This document shows, piece by piece, positions 40,029 to 45,058 of a DNA stretch of 45,058 nt (within the stretch, counting starts at the first letter, position 1; each line of letters begins with the position of its first letter). The notes under the pieces were generated by a model. It saw only the letters and a program-made list of their open reading frames with translations. It was not told the DNA's origin and did no database searches. The stretch is taken from the NCBI GenBank assembly GCA_964552905.1, contig CAZKIT010000001.1:1-45058 (forward strand), written 5' to 3'. This DNA is from an uncultured Spirochaetaceae bacterium. Lineage in GTDB: Bacteria > Spirochaetota > Spirochaetia > Sphaerochaetales > Sphaerochaetaceae. The translations under genes were made by a program, and so were the position numbers.

Positions 40029-40616
40029 TCAGTCACAGCCTCCGGAAACGGAGGCTGTTTTCTTGAGATACTCCGTTCCGACCCTCTTCGTAAGCCACAC
40101 GCCGTTCTTCGAGAGGAAGAACTCACAGCCGTCACGGCTCATGCGGCCGCTCTCGACCATATAGACGACACTTCTGCCGTGTCTCGAGCCGACAGAGAAT
40201 GCCGTTTCATAAGATGTTGAAAGATGGACATACAGGCGTGATTTCGGAATAAGCCCCGTTTCGTCGATGGACGGGACGAACTTCTCTCCCGTCCCGTGAT
40301 AGAGAATCTCGGGAGGGACAGCTTTCTCGAGTTCAACGTCGACATCAATCGAATGTCCCTGGTTCGCCCTTATGAGAGTATGGTCGTCATTGAATGCATA
40401 GCGCTGCTTGTTGTCGAGCCTGACGATTTCCTCGAGGAACTCTTTCGTTATCCCGAGCTTTGAAACAAGTTCATCCGCACCCGCCCAGCCGTGCTCGTCG
40501 AGCTTAATGCCGACGACGGATGGGTTATGACGGAGAATGAGGGCGATGAACTTTCCTGTCGAAATCCTGTCGTGTGTATCGAATGTGCGCTTCTTCCTGC
40601 CGTCCCTTATTTCCAT
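40029..40616 (-). CDS. kptA: RNA 2'-phosphotransferase (Tpt1/KptA family)
   Basis: Start at ATG 40616, after GGAGTGGAGG. LILRHNP...LDEHGWA..DEL...RYAF......IRANQGHS.....YHGT...VHLS matches the KptA pattern. 195 aa. Confidence 0.85.
   Translation of the reverse strand: MEIRDGRKKRTFDTHDRISTGKFIALILRHNPSVVGIKLDEHGWAGADELVSKLGITKEFLEEIVRLDNKQRYAFNDDHTLIRANQGHSIDVDVELEKAVPPEILYHGTGEKFVPSIDETGLIPKSRLYVHLSTSYETAFSVGSRHGRSVVYMVESGRMSRDGCEFFLSKNGVWLTKRVGTEYLKKTASVSGGCD
40035..40064 (+). terminator. Intrinsic terminator of the 231-aa barrel gene, embedded in the 3' end of kptA on the other strand
   Basis: Perfect 10-bp stem ACAGCCTCCG / CGGAGGCTGT with a GAAA tetraloop (40045-40048), followed by TTTCTT. 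Confidence 0.8.
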
Positions 40617-40682
40617 ACATCCTCCACTCCTTTGAAAATTCATGACGAAAAGGAGCAAAAACGGAGAAGACTCACACCGTAA

Positions 40683-41357
40683 TCAGATCGTGCTCATCGT
40701 CCTTCCCCTGCCGGCAAGGGATTCGAAGTCATCTCTGAAGGCTCTGACAGCACTCTCGATCTCGCTGTTCTTCACAAGAGAATCAATGACAGACGGAGCG
40801 AGAGTAGCGGCACCGATTCCGTACTCGCACAGTTCGAGAACCTGCATCGAATTCTTGAACGAGGCGGCGAGAATCTTCGTCTCATAGCCGTGGTTCTCGA
40901 AGATGTTCTGCATCTTCTTCACGCTTTCCACTCCGTCGTAGCCGAGGTTGTCGATTCTGTTGACGTAAGGAGCGACGTAGAGGGCACCGCACTTTGCCGC
41001 AAGGTATGCCTGGAGAGGCGTGTAGACGGCGGTCCCCGTCACCCTGTAGCCCTTCGAGGAGAGCATCTTCATGGCCTTGAAGCCTTCCTTGACGCAGGGA
41101 ATCTTGATGTATGTGTTCTTCCCCGTCTCGCCGACGATTCTCATTGCATCCGCAAGCATTCCGGAAGCCGTATCGGCGACAGTCTGGACATGAAGGTCCC
41201 CTTCTCCGATGCATTTTCTGATTTCCCTCAATACCTCATACGGAGGACGCTTTGCCGAAGCAAGGATCGAAGGGTTGGTCGTGACGCCGTCTATGGGATA
41301 ATACTCCCAAAGTCTCTTTATTTCGTTTATGTCTGCCGAATCGATTAGAAGTTTCAT
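40683..41357 (-). CDS. Fructose-6-phosphate aldolase / transaldolase-family protein (Fsa/TalC type)
   Basis: Start at ATG 41357. MKLLIDSADINEIKRL..YYPIDGVTTNPSIL, Schiff-base lysine block TYIKIPC, and YVAPYVNRID. 224 aa. Confidence 0.85.
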   Translation of the reverse strand: MKLLIDSADINEIKRLWEYYPIDGVTTNPSILASAKRPPYEVLREIRKCIGEGDLHVQTVADTASGMLADAMRIVGETGKNTYIKIPCVKEGFKAMKMLSSKGYRVTGTAVYTPLQAYLAAKCGALYVAPYVNRIDNLGYDGVESVKKMQNIFENHGYETKILAASFKNSMQVLELCEYGIGAATLAPSVIDSLVKNSEIESAVRAFRDDFESLAGRGRTMSTI

Positions 41358-41379
41358 ACTTCTGAGTATAGAGCGCGGC

Positions 41380-41417
41380 AAAGAAAAACGCCACCTCAAA
41401 GTTCATGAGATGGCGTA
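41380..41417 (-). terminator. Probable intrinsic terminator between the small anchored protein gene and the aldolase gene
   Basis: Minus-strand RNA forms ACGCCATCTCA...TGAGGTGGCGT: an 11-bp stem with one mismatch and a 7-nt loop, followed by TTTTTCTTTG. Confidence 0.55.
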
Positions 41418-41436
41418 TTACGCGGAAGAGTATAAC

Positions 41437-41916
41437 TCAGAGACTGTCTCCGATGCCGAAATCATCGGTAAGGACTACTTTCTCGTCCTCCGCCGACGTC
41501 GTTGTCGTCGCAAGAGAAACGAAGTCCGTCATCCATATGCTCTCGTCCAGTCCCGCAAGGAGTGCGGGAATGTTGACTACAACCGCATCCTTTCCGAACG
41601 GAACATCGAGTTTTACATTGTGGACAACCTCTTCTCCGCCCTTCTTCTCCGTTATTGTGAGGTTGAGGGTATGAGACTGTCCCATGAAATCTATCTCTCC
41701 TCTCTCCCTCTGATAGAGCTTCTTGGTCTCCCCGTTCTCGTTGACGAACTCTACCTTGTAGAAGGCGTTGACCTTCCCGCCGTCGTATTCGAGGGTCTTG
41801 TTGTCCAGATAGACGATGTGCTTGCGTCCGATGAAGAGCATGATGACGGCGATGACGATGAGAATGAGTACGGATGCCGTTCTGAACCAGAATGTCTTGT
41901 TTAGCTGAATCTTCAT
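41437..41916 (-). CDS. Hypothetical N-terminally anchored protein (159 aa)
   Basis: Start at ATG 41916, 1 nt after the permease stop. MKIQLNKTFWFRTASVLILIVIAVIMLFIG anchor, then a soluble domain with beta-like sequence pattern. No family recognised. Confidence 0.65.
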   Translation of the reverse strand: MKIQLNKTFWFRTASVLILIVIAVIMLFIGRKHIVYLDNKTLEYDGGKVNAFYKVEFVNENGETKKLYQRERGEIDFMGQSHTLNLTITEKKGGEEVVHNVKLDVPFGKDAVVVNIPALLAGLDESIWMTDFVSLATTTTSAEDEKVVLTDDFGIGDSL

Positions 41917-41917
41917 G

Positions 41918-43021
41918 TTATGCCTCCACACTGCTCTCTTTCTGTGCTGCGGCAAGCGCTGCACCGCCCTGGCTCTTGGCACGTCTCTTCTTGCTTTCAT
42001 ACATTGCAAGAGCAAGCGTGATGACGCCGTAGGATGCGAAAACCCTGAAATACTCGCCGATCATCGAGTCTCCCGTGATGACGGTTCCCGTCGTCGGAGC
42101 GACGATGAACATCAGGTGGAAGAGAGTTACGCCCAGGAAGACGTTTCCGATCGAGGCCTTGTCGACAGATGCACCGCCGACAAGGAGCGCCGCAATACAG
42201 AACATGCCGATCTGCGAGTGCGCCGAGTACGTCGAGAGGTTACCGATGTTCTGGAGGTAAATGATCATGCCGAAGCCCGCAAAGACCGTCGAGATGATGA
42301 TGGAGATGACTCTCGTCCTCTCTACTGCGATACCCGCACTTCTTGCAACTTCCATGTCCTGTCCGACTGCTCTCATGTCCTGTCCGAGTTTCGTTTTTCT
42401 GAACCAGACGATGAAGAGACACATCAGGGCGATGATGATGAACGTGAGTACGGGAATCTTGACGCCGCCGATACGGATTGCAAGGGCGTTGTCGAGAGAC
42501 TGTCTCATGTCGGCAAGGGATACAGTGTTCCTTATGCCGTAACCTCTCGGAAGAAGAATGTCATCGTGAATGATCGGGATGATGACGCCCATGCCGAAGA
42601 GGACGAGAAGCTGGTAGATACCGTTCACGAAGTAGTTCATGATGTAGCCGGTAATCATCTCCCTGCCCTTGGCCTTGTTCATGATGGTTCCGCAGAGCCA
42701 GCCGAGGAAAACGGAAATCGGGATTGAGATGATCATTGCAAGAACGATTCCCGGAATTCCCGCGATTCTCCAGTCGGATACGAGGATGAGTCCTATCTCC
42801 CCTGCCATTGCTCCGAGCGTCATGCCGAAGTTGAGTCCCATGCCTGCCATGATGGGGATGAGAAGGGAGAGGATGAGGAACGAGTTACGTGCTATACGTG
42901 TCACTATCTCACTCAGAAGGAAGCTTACGCTGAATCCCGATACCGGAATACATACGGCACAAATGACTATGAACATCAATGGAACTGAATTGTTCTTTAT
43001 GAAAGCCAGTACTTTTTTCAT
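41918..43021 (-). CDS. ABC transporter permease (CUT2 / BMP-type, BPD_transp_2 family)
   Basis: 367 aa, about 9-10 hydrophobic segments. ATGA overlap with the upstream permease. Confidence 0.85.
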   Translation of the reverse strand: MKKVLAFIKNNSVPLMFIVICAVCIPVSGFSVSFLLSEIVTRIARNSFLILSLLIPIMAGMGLNFGMTLGAMAGEIGLILVSDWRIAGIPGIVLAMIISIPISVFLGWLCGTIMNKAKGREMITGYIMNYFVNGIYQLLVLFGMGVIIPIIHDDILLPRGYGIRNTVSLADMRQSLDNALAIRIGGVKIPVLTFIIIALMCLFIVWFRKTKLGQDMRAVGQDMEVARSAGIAVERTRVISIIISTVFAGFGMIIYLQNIGNLSTYSAHSQIGMFCIAALLVGGASVDKASIGNVFLGVTLFHLMFIVAPTTGTVITGDSMIGEYFRVFASYGVITLALAMYESKKRRAKSQGGAALAAAQKESSVEA

Positions 43022-44109
43022 CTTGTTGCCTCACTCTTTCTTGTCAGGGCATAGAGAATCATACCGTTGGATGCGATTGTTCTGATGACCTCGGAGATAT
43101 CGAGTCCCTCACCTGTGATCATGATCATCAGGTTGTTGATGACTGTCGGCGTCATGGTGACGATTCCCTGGAAGAGGAAGGTTCCGATGATGACGTTCTT
43201 GATGTTCGCCTTGTTGACCGTTGCACCTCCGATGAGTATTGCGGAAACTGCAGGAAGCGCCATGTTGAACGGAGCCATGTAGAGCTGTATCCAGCCGAAG
43301 CCCTGTTCGTATACCAGGATTCCCACGGCTCCGAGCCATGTGGACATGACGACCGAGAGAAGTCTGATGTAGTCGATATTGATGCCGCTTGCCCTGGCGA
43401 ATGTCGGGTTGGAGCCGACGGCGGTCATCGCGGTTCCCGTCTTCGTGTGCAGGAACGCCCACATCAGGAATGCAAGAAGCGCGAAGAAGAGAATGGCACC
43501 GGTCGGGAACGAGAAGTGGCCGATTTCGATCTTCAGGAAATTCGAGAGTGCTCCGTTGTAGAAACCCTCGAGCGAGATTGTCGTTCTGAGACCTGTTCCA
43601 GCATAGCCCCACACCATCGTCGGACTGTGATAAGGCAGCAGGAGCCACATCATGCACATGAACGATACGGCAGAGAAGCCGACGTAGGTTGCAATCATCA
43701 TCTCGCCGCCCTTTATCTTGTTCAGGAGCCAGCCGTAGCCTGCGCCGAATAGGATTGCGAACGGCGTCGCGAGAACGATGGCCATGAAGAAGCTTCCGAT
43801 ACCTGTGAAGCCGAACTCGATCGAGAGTGTCGCTCCGAGGAGTCCCGAGATGATTCCCAGAGGAAGACCGAAGTTGAGTCCGCACCCCGAATGAATCATG
43901 GGAACCATTGCAAGAACGAGTACCGCGTTCCAGCTGAAACGGTTGATTGTGTTCGTTATCTGGGTGAAGAAGTTGGCACCGACGAACGGAGCCGCGATGA
44001 AGAGAACAAGAAGGAAGACCGCAATGATCAGTCTGGGAAGACCGAATGATGCGACAGCCTTCTGTACTCTGTCTTTGAATGTACCCTTTACAGTTAGTGT
44101 TTCGCTCAT
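43018..44109 (-). CDS. ABC transporter permease (CUT2 / BMP-type, BPD_transp_2 family)
   Basis: 363 aa polytopic protein. ATG 44109 is preceded by AGGAGGAGG. Confidence 0.85.
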   Translation of the reverse strand: MSETLTVKGTFKDRVQKAVASFGLPRLIIAVFLLVLFIAAPFVGANFFTQITNTINRFSWNAVLVLAMVPMIHSGCGLNFGLPLGIISGLLGATLSIEFGFTGIGSFFMAIVLATPFAILFGAGYGWLLNKIKGGEMMIATYVGFSAVSFMCMMWLLLPYHSPTMVWGYAGTGLRTTISLEGFYNGALSNFLKIEIGHFSFPTGAILFFALLAFLMWAFLHTKTGTAMTAVGSNPTFARASGINIDYIRLLSVVMSTWLGAVGILVYEQGFGWIQLYMAPFNMALPAVSAILIGGATVNKANIKNVIIGTFLFQGIVTMTPTVINNLMIMITGEGLDISEVIRTIASNGMILYALTRKSEATR

Positions 44110-44120
44110 ATTACCTCCTC

Positions 44121-45058
44121 CTACTTGACGTTGCTGACCATAAGGAGGCCGAAGTCCTCACTCGGTGAGGAAGCAGGGAGAATACCCGCAACCTTTCCGC
44201 CCGAGACAATTGCGATGCGGTCACAGACACTTCTGAGCTCCTCGAGCTCGGAGGAGATCATGACGACCGTGACACCGTTCTCCCTGTTGAACGCCCTGAG
44301 GGCATCTAGAACGAGGGCCTTTGCGCCGACGTCGATGCCTCTTGTCGGTTCACTGACGAAGAGAAGCCTCGGTTCGAGCGCGAATGCCTTGCACAGGCAC
44401 ACCTTCTGCTGGTTGCCGCCGCTGAGTTCCTTCGCCTTCTGCTTGGAGGATGTGCATTTTATCTTGAGTTCGTCGATGTACTTTTCGGTAACCTCGTTGA
44501 TTGCCTTCTCGTCACGCCACTTGACGGCCCCGCCGAGATACTTCTTCACGAACTTGTTGTTGACCTGCATGGCCGAGAATGCGATGTTCCATTCGAGTGA
44601 TTCGTCGAGAAGAAGTCCCACTCCCCTTCTGTCCTCGCTGACGAATGCCATTCCGCTGTCGAGGCACCTTCGTGGAGAATTAAGAGGAATCTCCTTTCCT
44701 TCGAATATGACCTTTCCGCCGGCGTCGTAGAGTCCCATGATTCCGTTCGGAATGCCGAGCTTGCCCTGGCCTGCGAGTCCTCCGATACCGAGTATCTCAC
44801 CCTTCTTCACGTCGAGGGAGACATCGCGGACGAGTTCACCGGGCATGTCGACCCAGAGGCGGGAGATGGAGAGTACCGTTTCGTCACTCGAAAGTTTCCT
44901 GACCTCTTCAGTCTTCTCCTTCTTCTCCTCGCTCCTGCCGCGTCCGACCATCCATGCCGATATTTCTGCGACGGATGTATCGGCAGCCTTAACGTTCTTC
45001 ACAATGAGGCCGTCCCTCATTACGAGGACGTTGTCGCAGACGGAGAGGATTTCCTGAA
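44121..45058 (-). CDS. ABC transporter ATP-binding protein, C-terminal part (gene continues beyond the window end)
   Basis: Second ABC domain of a duplicated CUT2-type ATPase: GIGGLAGQGK Walker A-like block, LSGGNQQKVCLCKAF signature, LLFVSEPTRGIDVGA Walker B. The frame is open to position 45058. Confidence 0.85.
   Translation of the reverse strand, partial: QEILSVCDNVLVMRDGLIVKNVKAADTSVAEISAWMVGRGRSEEKKEKTEEVRKLSSDETVLSISRLWVDMPGELVRDVSLDVKKGEILGIGGLAGQGKLGIPNGIMGLYDAGGKVIFEGKEIPLNSPRRCLDSGMAFVSEDRRGVGLLLDESLEWNIAFSAMQVNNKFVKKYLGGAVKWRDEKAINEVTEKYIDELKIKCTSSKQKAKELSGGNQQKVCLCKAFALEPRLLFVSEPTRGIDVGAKALVLDALRAFNRENGVTVVMISSELEELRSVCDRIAIVSGGKVAGILPASSPSEDFGLLMVSNVK

Noticed and set aside
1-45058. 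Searched by eye for mobile-element, prophage, toxin-antitoxin, restriction-modification or known defence-system genes, and for tRNA/rRNA/tmRNA/SRP RNA.
   Set aside because: None of the translated ORFs shows transposase, integrase, recombinase, nuclease-helicase or methyltransferase motifs. No spacer contains tRNA-like T-arm/acceptor sequences. By content, the window reads as core chromosome rather than a defence or mobile island.

Overview
This is a 45,058-bp, gene-dense chromosomal segment of roughly 50% GC, with about 48 protein-coding genes and about 90% coding sequence. All calls come from reading the supplied translations and the DNA by eye. No searches, alignments or structure predictions were run. 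I recognised no rRNA, tRNA, CRISPR array, transposase, integrase or phage gene.

The most likely source is a Treponema-like spirochaete, but that is an inference. It rests on these traits:
- strong GGAG-type Shine-Dalgarno sites
- AGA/AGG/ATA-rich codon use
- many ATGA/TGATG-coupled gene junctions
- spirochaete-style lipoboxes and FKBP lipoproteins
- a CUT2/BMP-type ABC importer
- many signal-peptide beta-barrel-like proteins

Genes I recognise:
- yhbY and two tandem fadD-like acyl-CoA ligases
- folC, an NFACT/RqcH-like protein and a Memo-like protein
- miaA, rpoZ, a Fur-family regulator, a Cmk-like kinase and yicC
- two FKBP-type PPIases flanking mscL
- nagB and nagA
- an M20 peptidase
- asnA, a DJ-1/PfpI protein, a class-I DAHP synthase and a CPA2 antiporter
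- a lipoprotein metallophosphoesterase and an aldo/keto reductase
- a GntR/FCD regulator with a glycerate kinase
- kptA and a Fsa/TalC-type aldolase
- two ABC permeases plus a partial ABC ATPase

Parts not explained by named families, which are the best places to look for new biology:
1. The nagB-nagA operon continues through four signal-peptide beta-barrel-like proteins and a degenerate YhcH-type protein (16466-22474).
2. A tandem pair of large paralogous outer-membrane-like proteins carries a conserved acidic N-terminal motif (33532-36479).
3. Two polytopic membrane proteins are translationally coupled to an M20 peptidase (22770-25534).
4. A pseudokinase-like membrane protein sits at the end of the folC/NFACT/Memo operon (7880-9343).
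5. A 54-aa zinc-ribbon ORF missing from the ORF track heads a seven-gene operon (12749-12913).
6. The glycerate kinase has a 63-aa K/R tail containing a textbook AT-hook core.
7. An orphan acidic protein sits on an AT-rich spacer island (29732-30445).

None of these is proven to be a system. Each entry below carries a decisive test.
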